Part shown: positions 37,501 through 46,592 of the stretch, piece by piece
Layout of the letters: each line of letters begins with the position of its first letter
Numbering within the stretch: the stretch's first letter is position 1
NCBI RefSeq assembly: GCF_040564635.1
Contig: NZ_CP159837.1
Span: 419,801-483,800, forward strand
Direction of reading: 5' to 3'
Source of the DNA: Planktothricoides raciborskii GIHE-MW2
GTDB taxonomy: Bacteria > Cyanobacteriota > Cyanobacteriia > Cyanobacteriales > Laspinemataceae
Length of the DNA stretch: 64,000 nucleotides
Made by a program: the position numbers and the translations under genes
The notes under the pieces: generated by a model
Databases searched by the model: none
What the model saw: only the letters and a program-made list of their open reading frames with translations
Told to the model about the DNA's origin: nothing

Positions 37501-38279
37501 GAAACATTAATTAAACTGCGATTTCCTAGAGTAATATTTCCCCTGGTTATTTCTGGGGAAATTTGCCCTAAACCCAAGGCGGAATTTAACGGAACTTCGC
37601 CATTATTTCCTAGAGAAGCGATCGCAATTTGGCCATCGCTGGCCAAAAGTTGCCCCCCATTGAGGTTCACATCACCACCCACCAGGGTTAAACTTTGTCC
37701 GGGGTTGACCTGTAGGGTTGAACCTTGCAAGGTGAGTGACCCCGGACTGGTGGCAAATTGCAATCCTATGGGTAGATTAATGGTTAATAATGGCGCATCA
37801 TTTTTTTGAGTGGCACTAAAAAAATTACCATTGTTAAAATTTATCTGCTGCGCGGTAGAGGCGATAAAAGATCCGCCAATGGCTAATTGAGCATTTCGCC
37901 CAAACAAAATCCCATTCGGATTGAGTAAAAATAAGTTAGCGTTGCCGTTGGCTTTAACTATGCCATCAATATTAGAAACATTGTCCCCTGTCACTCGACT
38001 AAAGATATTTTCAATTGTTAAATAATTGTTAAAAAAAGCTTCCGTCCCCGTAGGCACAGAAAAGTCCTGAAAACTATGAAATAAACTGTCACCAGTGGTG
38101 GTTCCCCCTTCGATTTTGATGGTATTTCCTTCGGGTATGGCTACAGAATTATTTCGCAAGCTGCGATCGGGGATAATTTGGGCGTTGGTGGGAATACTAT
38201 AAAGTGTTTGTCCGAGCAAAACCACGGCCAAACTTTCGATAATTAATTGTGCGGGTAAACCCGGAAATTTTTTCTTCAT
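34575..38279 (-). CDS. Large exoprotein with an N-terminal two-partner-secretion (filamentous hemagglutinin / TpsA) domain and beta-helical repeats
   Basis: Signal peptide, then the TPS domain 'NTIKIEGGTTTGDSLFHSFQDFSVPTGTEAFFNN...IVKANGNANLFLLNPNGILFGRNAQL'. Long runs of GNxxI-type repeats follow, which also generate many spurious antisense ORFs. 1234 aa. Confidence 0.8.
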   Translation of the reverse strand: MKKKFPGLPAQLIIESLAVVLLGQTLYSIPTNAQIIPDRSLRNNSVAIPEGNTIKIEGGTTTGDSLFHSFQDFSVPTGTEAFFNNYLTIENIFSRVTGDNVSNIDGIVKANGNANLFLLNPNGILFGRNAQLAIGGSFIASTAQQINFNNGNFFSATQKNDAPLLTINLPIGLQFATSPGSLTLQGSTLQVNPGQSLTLVGGDVNLNGGQLLASDGQIAIASLGNNGEVPLNSALGLGQISPEITRGNITLGNRSLINVSGINQGINIDVGNLTVTGGSRIQSTINQNGKAGDIAINATGAIDISGFTPDGLFSGILSKTETAGTGGNIIINNPAGNVTLANRGFIAAVTNSPNNGGQIQINVNNLAIATGGQIITATTAPGNAGDITINATESVQLSGSSPNFLPNPLAKISAFDLNLLEFITQPNPDVEASGSNGIPYTSIQRTPAQIIAGTTVLADPTESFDYYKFSITQANSQGIFDIDAAKKSGPGDVETQIFLYNLATAHLLYTNDDSPTTSGAGGSSEQHDAYLNVTFDQPGIYLLGVAELDSFAATGSPISGNRLDVGDTYTLQVSLQNRGSEAVTVAETMINPDNFNPNRGANSGLFSESGGIGSGGNITINTGKLIVSDRADISINALDMGRGGNLLVNARDIVAIKDAEVSSITRGTGNAGNLIFNTGKLTLENEGILNTSTFGAGNAGDVTINATDTVEAFGVNDVGRFSVIRSEALEGSTGNGGNVNITARGLSLRDGGRILSTAKSDAPANSGSITVQTSDFVEIIGADLEGSASRLRTNAYLEGGSANAGDILIETGRLVFANGGKIESSTFGSGHAGNVTLKASESIEMTGLDPVESDPGFVASSTFANGNAGTITIETGGSLTLTDGSQFTANTSGSGNAGDVIVRAKLIELIGVSENGSSGLFASAFDETEDGSGTGKGGDVILNTNQLIIRDRAAISASNFASYAPLSPGKGPAGNVEITAREILLDNQGIISTTAAAGDRGNIFISSGDIQLRNNSNITASAFGEATGGNITLNNDNLIALENSDISANAEQSFGGRIVINANGIFGTDFRDINTPFSDITASSDLGAEFSGTVKLNTPDVDPASGLVALENNVISLSNLIADTCDASAGSSFYVIGRGGLPPNPDAWLGSDTVWIDPRIDDRANYSASIEPSEAIDNQRIVEATGWTVDADGSVKLIAQAANVNSGSPWERFREADPLRESPQCSILPPISQK

Positions 38280-39102
38280 ATAAATAAAATTTATTTGTTA
38301 GTCGGGATAAACTTAGAAAGAACTCAGAAACCGGGTTTCTTAATCAAATTCTCGGTATCAAGCATAGGTTGTCGCAGAAACCCGGTTTCTCCGCCGCAAC
38401 CCGGTTTCTCCGCCTCCGTATTTACTTGGACAATGCTTTGATTGTAGCCTGACTACTCTTTGGTTGACGTATCTGCACACAAAGTCCACGAAAACTTTAC
38501 AAAACTCAGGGGGTACGGAGGGGATATTGCCTCCGCAAAGCGATTCCCGTCTCTGGATCCGCAATGCGATCGCCCTGGGGTGGGGTCAAACCTTGGTACA
38601 ATGTGAGGAAATGACGTTTTCGCCGGATTTTGTGGCGATCGCAAGAGCGCAATTTTCTCCGCGAGTAAACCACAAATACCTGTAGGGGCGAAGCATGACC
38701 GCAGACAAATTATTGATGAAAATATTAATCTGAATCCGGTCATGCTTCGCCCTAGCGTGGTTCAGTAATCTGAAAACCGCTGTAAACAAATCACAGAAAC
38801 AAATCACAGGAAAAAGTTAATTATGGGAATTGAAAAAAGATTATCCAGAGCTATTTTTGCCCCGAATGAAATTGTGGAATTAAGACAACCTTGTTTTACT
38901 TCAACCCAAATGTTTGCCCCGGGAACTTATCCGGTGGAACAGTTACCAGATATTGCCTTTGAAATGGGCTTAGTAGAACGCTTGCGCCCTAGTCAAGGTA
39001 AAGCCGCAAAAGAAGAACAGTTATAAGATAAGAATTGGCGTGGCCGGAAGCGAAGATGCGGTGGATAAAAAGTTACAATGAAGCCGTTCTTTAAGTAAGG
39101 AG

Positions 39103-39486
39103 GTGTTTTTCCTGAAAAATCGTCCTGATGATGCTGAGATCGCGGAAATTTATGCCGCGATCGGTCGCCTTGTTATCCGATTTCCATTGCTCCACTGTGA
39201 GGAATGCGCTCGCACCCTCACAGTATGGCTTAAACAACGTGGAATCCCAGGAAAAATTTGGCGACTCTCGACTCGATCCGATTATGAAGACTTTATTCTC
39301 AGCGAACGACTAGAAAAAATCGGTTGTACGGAAACTATTACGGAAAATGGCGTTCATTATGGAGTCGAAGTGTTTGGCAAAATCTTTGATAATCTTTCTA
39401 CAGAGGGACTTTTGCCCGATGATTGGATTAAAGATTTTACCTCATTATCTAATGAATTTGATGTTGAAGTGATTTCGGAGTTTTAG
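39103..39486 (+). CDS. Hypothetical protein, possibly a papain-fold (Cys/His) toxin-like domain
   Basis: 127 aa. A conserved-looking 'HCEECARTLTVWL' and 'HYGVEVFGKIFDN' could form a Cys-His dyad. The family call is speculative. Confidence 0.3.
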   Translation: MFFLKNRPDDAEIAEIYAAIGRLVIRFPLLHCEECARTLTVWLKQRGIPGKIWRLSTRSDYEDFILSERLEKIGCTETITENGVHYGVEVFGKIFDNLSTEGLLPDDWIKDFTSLSNEFDVEVISEF

Positions 39487-39502
39487 GGATTTAATTAATT
39501 GT

Positions 39503-39901
39503 ATGGAAAAAAAGATGAGTACATTATTTAATCTACTGGATAAAATCAAGATAAAACCGGCACTTTACCTGGGAACGAGTTCGATTACTCATTTAAGAAT
39601 GTTCATTCTTGGCTATCGATTTGCTCGGTCAGAAATGGGCATTACTAACACGGAAGCAGAAAGTGACTTTTACAAAAACTTTCAACCCTGGCTGCAAAAT
39701 CGCTTATCCATTCATACGGTTAATGGGTGGGATAAAATTATTTTGCTGACCTGTATCGACGAAAAAGCAGCTTTTGATTATTTCTTTAACCTGTTAGATG
39801 AGTTTCTCCAGCGCGATCGCAGCCAAACGATCGATCCAATTCTCGTCGAATCTGCCTCAAAAGATGCCAATTTTGTAGGGGCAAAGCATTCGCTCCGATA
39901 A
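39503..39901 (+). CDS. Hypothetical protein, candidate immunity partner of the preceding ORF
   Basis: 132 aa, starting 17 bp downstream of 39103..39486. No family recognised. Confidence 0.3.
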   Translation: MEKKMSTLFNLLDKIKIKPALYLGTSSITHLRMFILGYRFARSEMGITNTEAESDFYKNFQPWLQNRLSIHTVNGWDKIILLTCIDEKAAFDYFFNLLDEFLQRDRSQTIDPILVESASKDANFVGAKHSLR

Positions 39902-39966
39902 TTTTTCGGTTAAAATCAGAAATTTATCCGCGAATGCTTTGCCCTAAAATTGCCTAAGTCTAATCT

Positions 39967-41145
39967 ATGAATCCTGACAAACCATATAGTTGGATAGAAA
40001 AATCTCTCTCAGCAATTCACCGGGCTAACTGGCATCGATCGCCCCAAACTATAGAAAGTTTGCCGGGGTCATTGGTACAAGTAGAAGGCAGAAAACTGAT
40101 GAATTTTGCCAGTAATGATTATCTCGGTTTAGCGGGGGACGATCGCCTAATTCAAGCCGCAATTAAAGCCACCCAAACTTATGGGACTGGGGCTACGGGG
40201 TCGCGTTTAATTACGGGAAATCGACCCCTACACCAGCAGTTAGAAGAAGCGATCGCCGACTGGAAACAAACCGATGCGGCGATCGTATTTTCTTCTGGTT
40301 ATTTGGCGAATATTGGCGCGATCGCTGCTTTAGTTGGGCAACGAGATTTAATCCTCGGCGATCGATATAATCACTCTTGTTTAAAAAATGGTGCCATTCT
40401 CAGCGGCGCCACATTCAAAGAATATTCCCATAACCAAATAGAAGAGTTAAAAACCCTCTTAGAACAACATCGTCATCAACATCGACGCTGCCTGATTCTT
40501 TCTGATACCGTCTTTAGCATGGATGGGGATATTTGTCAAGTACCAGAATTGTTAAATTTGGCCGCAGAATTTGACTGTATGGTGTTAGTGGATGAAGCCC
40601 ACGGTACGGGAGTTTTAGGCGAAACTGGGTCGGGGGCTGTAGAACACTTTGGCTGCACGGGCAAACCTTTAATTCAAATGGGGACTTTAAGTAAAGCTTT
40701 GGGCAGTTTGGGCGGTTATATTGCCGGAAGTGCCAGTTTAATCGACTTTTTGCGGAACCGCGCCCCCAGTTGGATTTATACTACCGGGTTATCCCCTGGG
40801 GATACGGCTGCCGCTTTGGAAGCGATCGCCATTATTCGCGCTGAACCGGAAAGACGGCAAAAACTTTGGCAAAATATCGCCTATTTGCAACAAGAATTTG
40901 CCACCAAACTGCCATCTTGCTGGAAAATCCTGCCCTCTCAGTCGCCAATTTTTGCCCTGCAAATGTCTGATGCGGCCGCAGTTTTAGCCGCCGGAAGCGA
41001 ACTAAAAGCGGCGGGAATTTGGGCGGCGGCGGTGCGTCCCCCCACGGTGCCGACTAGCCGAATTCGCATTACCGTTATGGCTACTCACGAGTTAGAACAT
41101 TGCCAATTTTTAGTCAATGTTTTATCCCAATTTGGCAACCCTTGA
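39967..41145 (+). CDS. bioF: 8-amino-7-oxononanoate synthase (biotin biosynthesis)
   Basis: '[16 protein letters not shown]', '[14 protein letters not shown]', '[15 protein letters not shown]', PLP-lysine '[16 protein letters not shown]'. Confidence 0.9.
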   Translation: MNPDKPYSWIEKSLSAIHRANWHRSPQTIESLPGSLVQVEGRKLMNFASNDYLGLAGDDRLIQAAIKATQTYGTGATGSRLITGNRPLHQQLEEAIADWKQTDAAIVFSSGYLANIGAIAALVGQRDLILGDRYNHSCLKNGAILSGATFKEYSHNQIEELKTLLEQHRHQHRRCLILSDTVFSMDGDICQVPELLNLAAEFDCMVLVDEAHGTGVLGETGSGAVEHFGCTGKPLIQMGTLSKALGSLGGYIAGSASLIDFLRNRAPSWIYTTGLSPGDTAAALEAIAIIRAEPERRQKLWQNIAYLQQEFATKLPSCWKILPSQSPIFALQMSDAAAVLAAGSELKAAGIWAAAVRPPTVPTSRIRITVMATHELEHCQFLVNVLSQFGNP

Positions 41146-41252
41146 AACCGGGTTTTTTGTAACTCAGAGTAAGGGCGGGATTCAAACCATTGGTGTGAAT
41201 CCCGCCCTTACATATCCACGACACAAACCCGGTTTTTTTTCGGGGGAAAAAA

Positions 41253-41474
41253 CTATCCTTGATTTTTGGGGAGAGAGTCTTTACGAAATCGGGCGGTAAA
41301 TTCTGGATATTGTTCTAAATCCTCAACCGAATCCACTGGCGGCATCTCCACCCAGTTTCCTTCTTGATGTAACCTGTCTATATAAGCATAAAATGCCTCT
41401 TGACTGTCTCGATGAGCCAGCATATATTTCTGCAATTCTTTTTGGCTCATTGCTTGAAAATTCGGTTCGATCAT
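41253..41474 (-). CDS. Small conserved hypothetical protein
   Basis: 73-aa ORF. No family recognised. Confidence 0.35.
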   Translation of the reverse strand: MIEPNFQAMSQKELQKYMLAHRDSQEAFYAYIDRLHQEGNWVEMPPVDSVEDLEQYPEFTARFRKDSLPKNQG

Positions 41475-41616
41475 TCAATGTACCTCCAAGTACCTCCAAT
41501 TTCCCCTGGGAATCCCAAAAATTGTCCCTTGGGTGGGAATTTCTGGGCGATCGCAGATGATTTTGCTCCGAAGCCCATCTAATTCATTTAAAATTGACAA
41601 CGATCATTGCTTAAAT

Positions 41617-43062
41617 ATGAATGTGATGCTGCCTAACCTATCCTGTTTGCGATTCCGCCTTGGCGATCGCGAAAGCAAATCGCTCATTTCCACGATTGTA
41701 CTCTTAATGCTTCTGACCTCTTGTGCGAATAGTCCGGCAGGCGAATCACTACAACGTTCATTAGAAGCGGATCCGCAACTGAAAGAGAATCAGCCCGATC
41801 TCGTCCAACCAACCACTCCCACTCCGGCCCCAACCGTGGCATTACCCCAGGATTTCCCCTTTGAGATTCCTTTATATCCAGGGGCAAAACTGCTGGCAGT
41901 GGAAACCGAACAACTCCAAGCAGCTACGGAAACGCCGTCGGTTACCACACCGCCAAAAACCGGGCAGATCGTCTCTACCCGTTGGCAGACTGGTGATAGT
42001 CCCGAACAGGTGAGGACTTTTTGGCAATCGGAGTTGCAAAAAAATAATTGGCAGTTGGTTGGGGCATCCACCGATAGTCAACCGGATATTCAGGGAGATA
42101 AAATCATCGCTCGTCAAGAGAATCTAGAAGTCACTTTTTCCATAGTTCAAAAGCCCGATGCCGCAGCATCTAATCCCCAAAGTCCCACCCCTTTACCGAC
42201 ACAATATCTGATTTCTTACCATCGTCTTGACTCGGATGGGGTGGCAACTACCCCAGAAACCACCCCTGAGACGATCGCATCCACTGCACCACAAACCGCA
42301 GAAACTACAGAAACCGCGATTTCTACCGATCTTGACCAAGCCCCCGAACCGTTACGCTCATATATCCAAGACTTGAGTAAACTAGGGGTGTTGCAAATGC
42401 CCGTCAGTAAAGAAATCAATAGACAGAATGGTAAGGTCTTAGAACCGAATAAAGTTATTACTCGTCGTCAATACGCCCAATGGCTGATGTTGGCGAATAA
42501 TAAAATTTATGCCAACCAACCGAGTAAACAAATTCGTGTAGCGACTACTAATGCTCAACCAGCTTTTCAAGATGTGCCCATCAGTGACCCGGATTTTCCG
42601 GTGATTCAAGGGTTAGCGGAAGCGGGAATTATTCCCAGTTCTTTGGCTGGGGAAACCACCACGGTGACTTTTAGCCCCGACCAACCCCTGACTAGGCAAG
42701 ATTTGATCCTGTGGAAAGTTCCTCTGGATATTCGGCGATCGCTTCCCACCGCTTCCGTGGATACAGTTAAGGAAACGTGGGGTTTTCAAGACACCAGTAA
42801 AATTGATCCGAGGGCGCTGCGGGCAGTTTTGGCCGATCACCAAAATGGCGATTTGGCCAATATTCGCCGCGCTTTTGGTTATACCACCTTGTTTCAGCCC
42901 CAAAAGACGGTGACTCGCGCTGAAGCGGCAGCAGTGCTCTGGCATTTCGGCATTTCTGGAGAAGGGCGATCGGCTGCGGATGCCCTAGCCTTGTCCGCTA
43001 CTCAGTCCACTCAGCCTACTCAGTCTACTCAGCCTACTCAGCCTACTCAGTCCACCCCATAA
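41617..43062 (+). CDS. S-layer homology (SLH) domain-containing lipoprotein
   Basis: Lipoprotein signal 'LLMLLTSCANS', a Pro/Thr-rich linker, and three C-terminal SLH-like repeats ('ITRRQYAQWLMLAN', 'FQDVPISDPDFPVIQGLAEAGII', 'LTRQDLILW', 'VTRAEAAAVLWHFG'). C-terminal QSTQPTQ repeats. Confidence 0.7.
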   Translation: MNVMLPNLSCLRFRLGDRESKSLISTIVLLMLLTSCANSPAGESLQRSLEADPQLKENQPDLVQPTTPTPAPTVALPQDFPFEIPLYPGAKLLAVETEQLQAATETPSVTTPPKTGQIVSTRWQTGDSPEQVRTFWQSELQKNNWQLVGASTDSQPDIQGDKIIARQENLEVTFSIVQKPDAAASNPQSPTPLPTQYLISYHRLDSDGVATTPETTPETIASTAPQTAETTETAISTDLDQAPEPLRSYIQDLSKLGVLQMPVSKEINRQNGKVLEPNKVITRRQYAQWLMLANNKIYANQPSKQIRVATTNAQPAFQDVPISDPDFPVIQGLAEAGIIPSSLAGETTTVTFSPDQPLTRQDLILWKVPLDIRRSLPTASVDTVKETWGFQDTSKIDPRALRAVLADHQNGDLANIRRAFGYTTLFQPQKTVTRAEAAAVLWHFGISGEGRSAADALALSATQSTQPTQSTQPTQPTQSTP

Positions 43063-43474
43063 AGCTGCCAATTGTGCTGCTACGTTATATTATCGTCAAA
43101 AGTTATAATGTTCAAAAATTGCTGGAGGTTTCTGATTAAAATATTCTTTGAGATATGATGGAACTATTGCCTTTGTTTTAGAGAGAATGGTGCAACCAAT
43201 GATGACTTCACGCGATTTTGAGGAAAACTAAACTAGGAAGTTGACAATGGCTTTGTCCTTGGAAATGATTTTGCCTTAGTAGGATCATCCCGATTGTGTA
43301 AATCAGCCTGTAGGGGCGAAGCATTCGCGGATTTATCTCTAAACCTAAGCCGAAAAGTTTATGCGCGAATGCTTCGCCAGGAAACTAAACTCCCCGCAGA
43401 ATCAACCGATAAAGCCTGGACAATATATCCTAGTTTAGTAATTGATTACAAGTGTTGTTTCACAGAGAACATAT

Positions 43475-45079
43475 ATGCGAGTTTTACTGATTTATCCTCG
43501 ATTTCCGAAAAGTTTCTGGTCATTTGAAAAAAGTCTAGAGTTAGTTGGTCGTAAAGCCCTGCTACCTCCTCTGGGTTTGATTACGGTCGCCGCCATTCTT
43601 CCTGATGAATGGGAATATAAATTAGTCGATCGCAATATTCAGGAAACCACCGAAGCAGATTGGGATTGGGCGGAACTGGTGATTCTGTCTGGAATGATTG
43701 TCCAAAAAGAGGATTTATTGGCGCAAATTCGGGAAGCCAAACGCCGAGGCAAACCTGTGGCTGTGGGTGGGCCTTATGCCACGGCATTACCCCATGAACC
43801 GGAAGAAGCTGGGGTGGATTATTTAATTTTGGATGAAGGGGAAATTACCCTGCCCATGTTTGTGGCAGCCCTAGAACGCGGCGAAACTCGTGGGGTTTTT
43901 CGGGCGAATGGAGAAAAACCCGATGTCACCTCTACCCCAATTCCTCGGTTTGAATTGGTGGATAAAGATGCTTATGATTCAATGGCGATTCAGTTTTCTC
44001 GCGGTTGCCCATTCCAATGCGAATTCTGCGATATTATTGTGCTTTATGGGCGCAAACCCCGGACGAAAACTCCAGAGCAGTTGTTAGCTGAATTAGACCG
44101 CCTTTATGAGTTGGGCTTTGACCAAAGTATTTTCTTGGTAGATGACAATTTTATTGGCAATAAACGCAATGTTAAGTTATTGCTAAAAGAGTTAAAGAAA
44201 TGGCAAGAAGCACATAATTATCATTTCAAGTTTCATACAGAAGCTTCGGTGGATTTGGCTAACGATCCAGAGTTGATGGAAATGATGGTTGACTGCAATT
44301 TTATTGCGGTATTTTTGGGAATTGAAACTCCCGATGAAGCTAGTTTAACTCTAACTAAGAAGTTCCAAAATACTCGCGATTCTCTGAGCGATTCGGTGGA
44401 GAAGATTATTCGCGCTGGGTTGCGGGTGATGGCTGGGTTTATTATTGGTTTTGATGGGGAAAAACCAGGGGCAGGCGATCGCGTAGCCCGGTTTGTCCAG
44501 CAAACTTCCATCCCTATTGCCATGTTTAGTATGTTGCAAGCGCTGCCAGATACAGCCCTGTGGCATCGTCTGACGAAGGAAGGACGTATGCTCAACCAAC
44601 AAGCGGCTGGCAACCAGACAACTTTGATGAACTTTGTCCCTACTCGACCGATTGAAGATATTGCTCGCGAATATATTGACGCCTTTTGGAAAATTTACGA
44701 GCCAATGCAATTTTTAGACCGCACTTATCGTCATTTTCTAATGTTAGGCGCACCGAGAAATCGGGTGCAACGGCGGAAGTTAGTTAGCTGGACGACGATT
44801 CGCGCTTTATTGATTCTGTTTTGGCGTCAAGGAGTGGTGCGGGAAACTCGCAGTAAGTTTTGGATTTATCTGTATAACATTTTTAAGCAGAATCCTCGGG
44901 TTTGGGATCATTATTTGACGGTTTGCGCTCACTTTGAACATTTTTATGATTATCGTGACCTGGTGCGTCAGCAAATCGAAAGCCAGTTAGCCGAATATTT
45001 GGCAGCAAAAGCGGCTACGGATCGGGCAATGGCTGAAACCGAAGCAATGAAACCGGAAATTGAGTCCGCAGCGGCTTAA
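43475..45079 (+). CDS. B12-binding domain-containing radical SAM protein (with C-terminal DUF4070)
   Basis: B12-binding N-domain ('RVLLIYPRFPKSFWSF...LPPLGLITVAAIL') and the radical SAM CxxxCxxC motif 'RGCPFQCEFCDI'. The ORF-track start at the TTG at 43442 is less likely than the ATG at 43475. Confidence 0.85.
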   Translation: MRVLLIYPRFPKSFWSFEKSLELVGRKALLPPLGLITVAAILPDEWEYKLVDRNIQETTEADWDWAELVILSGMIVQKEDLLAQIREAKRRGKPVAVGGPYATALPHEPEEAGVDYLILDEGEITLPMFVAALERGETRGVFRANGEKPDVTSTPIPRFELVDKDAYDSMAIQFSRGCPFQCEFCDIIVLYGRKPRTKTPEQLLAELDRLYELGFDQSIFLVDDNFIGNKRNVKLLLKELKKWQEAHNYHFKFHTEASVDLANDPELMEMMVDCNFIAVFLGIETPDEASLTLTKKFQNTRDSLSDSVEKIIRAGLRVMAGFIIGFDGEKPGAGDRVARFVQQTSIPIAMFSMLQALPDTALWHRLTKEGRMLNQQAAGNQTTLMNFVPTRPIEDIAREYIDAFWKIYEPMQFLDRTYRHFLMLGAPRNRVQRRKLVSWTTIRALLILFWRQGVVRETRSKFWIYLYNIFKQNPRVWDHYLTVCAHFEHFYDYRDLVRQQIESQLAEYLAAKAATDRAMAETEAMKPEIESAAA

Positions 45080-45251
45080 TCCCATTTTCGATAAATTCGG
45101 CAACAGATCCCCCCAACCCCCATACGCTCAGGGGCAACCACGGGGGGATTGCCCCTACAAAAATTTTCGCATCACTCGCATGAATTGCTATAGCTATAGT
45201 AGGGTGGGCAATATTTTGCCCACCCTACAGTTGCGATTTTCCCCTGTGAAT

Positions 45252-45965
45252 ATGAAACTTAAGTCAAAAGCCATATCCCGCAGTAGGTCGATCGCCAGAA
45301 GATTTAGCCGATTTTGCCTGGTTCTCTTTGCGGTTGTGCTGATTTTTGGCGTCAGTTTTATTCCCCTGCGAATTGCGATCGCCTCCTGGCAAGTACCGGA
45401 ACCCCAGGCAATTTTAGTCTTGAATGGCAATCCTAACCGGATTAGATTTGCGGCTGAGTTGTGGCAGTCTCACCAGAGTTTGGATATTTGGGTTTCTGCG
45501 GGCTCGGAGAGGGAAAAGCGCTTATATAGCGGGATTTTTGCCGCAGCAGGTATTCCCCCAGAGCAAATTCACTACGATCCTTGTGCTACGGATACGGTGA
45601 CTAATTTTACTTGCACCGTAGATGATTTTATTCGGGCCCAGCGGCGGCATCTCTATTTGATTACGTCCGATTATCATATCGACCGTTCCCGAGCGATCGC
45701 GACTTTTGTCCTGGGGAGTCAGGGCATCATTGTGACTCCCATATCTGTGCCTTCGGGAAATTTTCCCCGCGAATCAAGATGGCGCATTGTGAGAGACTGT
45801 ATTCGTTCGATTGTCTGGATTTTTACCGGACGCACTGGCGCCAGCCTTAATCCCCGCGTGGAAACCGAGGTGCCCAATTCGGCTTTAGATGAAAGTCAGC
45901 GATCGCGCTTACGGGAGCGGTTGTGCCGGATGGTTCCGGGGTTCTGCCAGGGACATAAACGATAA
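45252..45965 (+). CDS. DUF218 / YdcF-ElyC-SanA family protein
   Basis: N-terminal TM, then 'ILVLNGNPNRIRFAAELW...ITSDYHIDRSRAIA'. The start is set at MKLKSK rather than the ORF-track start, which overlaps the rSAM gene. Confidence 0.65.
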   Translation: MKLKSKAISRSRSIARRFSRFCLVLFAVVLIFGVSFIPLRIAIASWQVPEPQAILVLNGNPNRIRFAAELWQSHQSLDIWVSAGSEREKRLYSGIFAAAGIPPEQIHYDPCATDTVTNFTCTVDDFIRAQRRHLYLITSDYHIDRSRAIATFVLGSQGIIVTPISVPSGNFPRESRWRIVRDCIRSIVWIFTGRTGASLNPRVETEVPNSALDESQRSRLRERLCRMVPGFCQGHKR

Positions 45966-46175
45966 AGCCTAGGCAGGACAAGGGTTATAGCCTTTTAAGT
46001 CCCCCGCCAACCCAGGGGTGATTTTGCCCCAAAAAAATTTTTTAAATTTTTTTTGGTTTAGGGGTTGACATATCTAAAAAGATAGGTTACGGTATTAAAG
46101 GTGTGAGGGACAAACGAACACAAAGCGCACAAAACGCTTAAGATAACGTGAGTCTCAAGCCCAAACAAAAACCTA

Positions 46176-46248
46176 GCCCCCATCGTCTAGAGGCCTAGGA
46201 CACCTCCCTTTCACGGAGGCGACGGGGATTCGAATTCCCCTGGGGGTA
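46176..46248 (+). tRNA. trnE: tRNA-Glu (anticodon UUC)
   Basis: GCCCCCATCGTCTAGAGGCCTAGGACACCTCCCTTTCACGGAGGCGACGGGGATTCGAATTCCCCTGGGGGTA. It folds as a cloverleaf with acceptor GCCCCCA/TGGGGGT (G1.U72), D-arm, anticodon loop CTTTCAC, T-loop TTCGAAT and discriminator A. No CCA is encoded. Confidence 0.85.
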
Positions 46249-46267
46249 TTCCCAAAGGAAAAGCACC

Positions 46268-46306
46268 TCAAAAGAGAGTCACAAACAACAAGTGATTCTC
46301 TTTTTT
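46268..46306 (+). terminator. Rho-independent terminator after tRNA-Glu
   Basis: Stem AGAGAGTCAC...GTGATTCTCT (one mismatch) followed by TTTTTTG. Confidence 0.5.
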
Positions 46307-46309
46307 GTT

Positions 46310-46580
46310 GTTTGTTGGTTGGGGTGTAGGGTGTAGGGTGTAGGGTGTAGGGGAAGAGAGGGTGTAGGGTGTAGGGAATAGAGAATAGTGAATAGTGAAT
46401 AGTGAATAGTAAATAGTGAATAGTGAATAGTGATATTTATTTTGTACGGGCGAATGGCCATTCGCCCCTACGACTACGGGCGAATGGCCATTCGCCCCTA
46501 CGAATGCATCACTTTCTTCCCCCACACCCCCCACACCCCCCACACCCCACACCCCACACCCTACACCCCACACCCTACAC
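46310..46580. repeat. Block of STRR-type heptamer tandem repeats ((GGTGTAG)n, (AATAGTG)n, (CCCCACA/CCCTACA)n) with two GGGCGAATGGCCATTCGCCCCTAC hairpins in the middle
   Basis: Directly visible. These repeats generate spurious ORFs on both strands. Confidence 0.9.
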
Positions 46581-46592
46581 CCTGTTCTATAA

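Noticed and set aside
34733-37809. Antisense and alternate-frame ORFs within the TpsA gene (35002..35250, 35899..36576 225 aa, 37009..37203, 37216..37491, 37492..37809)
   Set aside because: They are produced by the long, codon-biased beta-helical repeat region. Their peptides are low-complexity (P/L/A/S-rich), and the minus-strand 1234-aa ORF carries a clear TPS domain.
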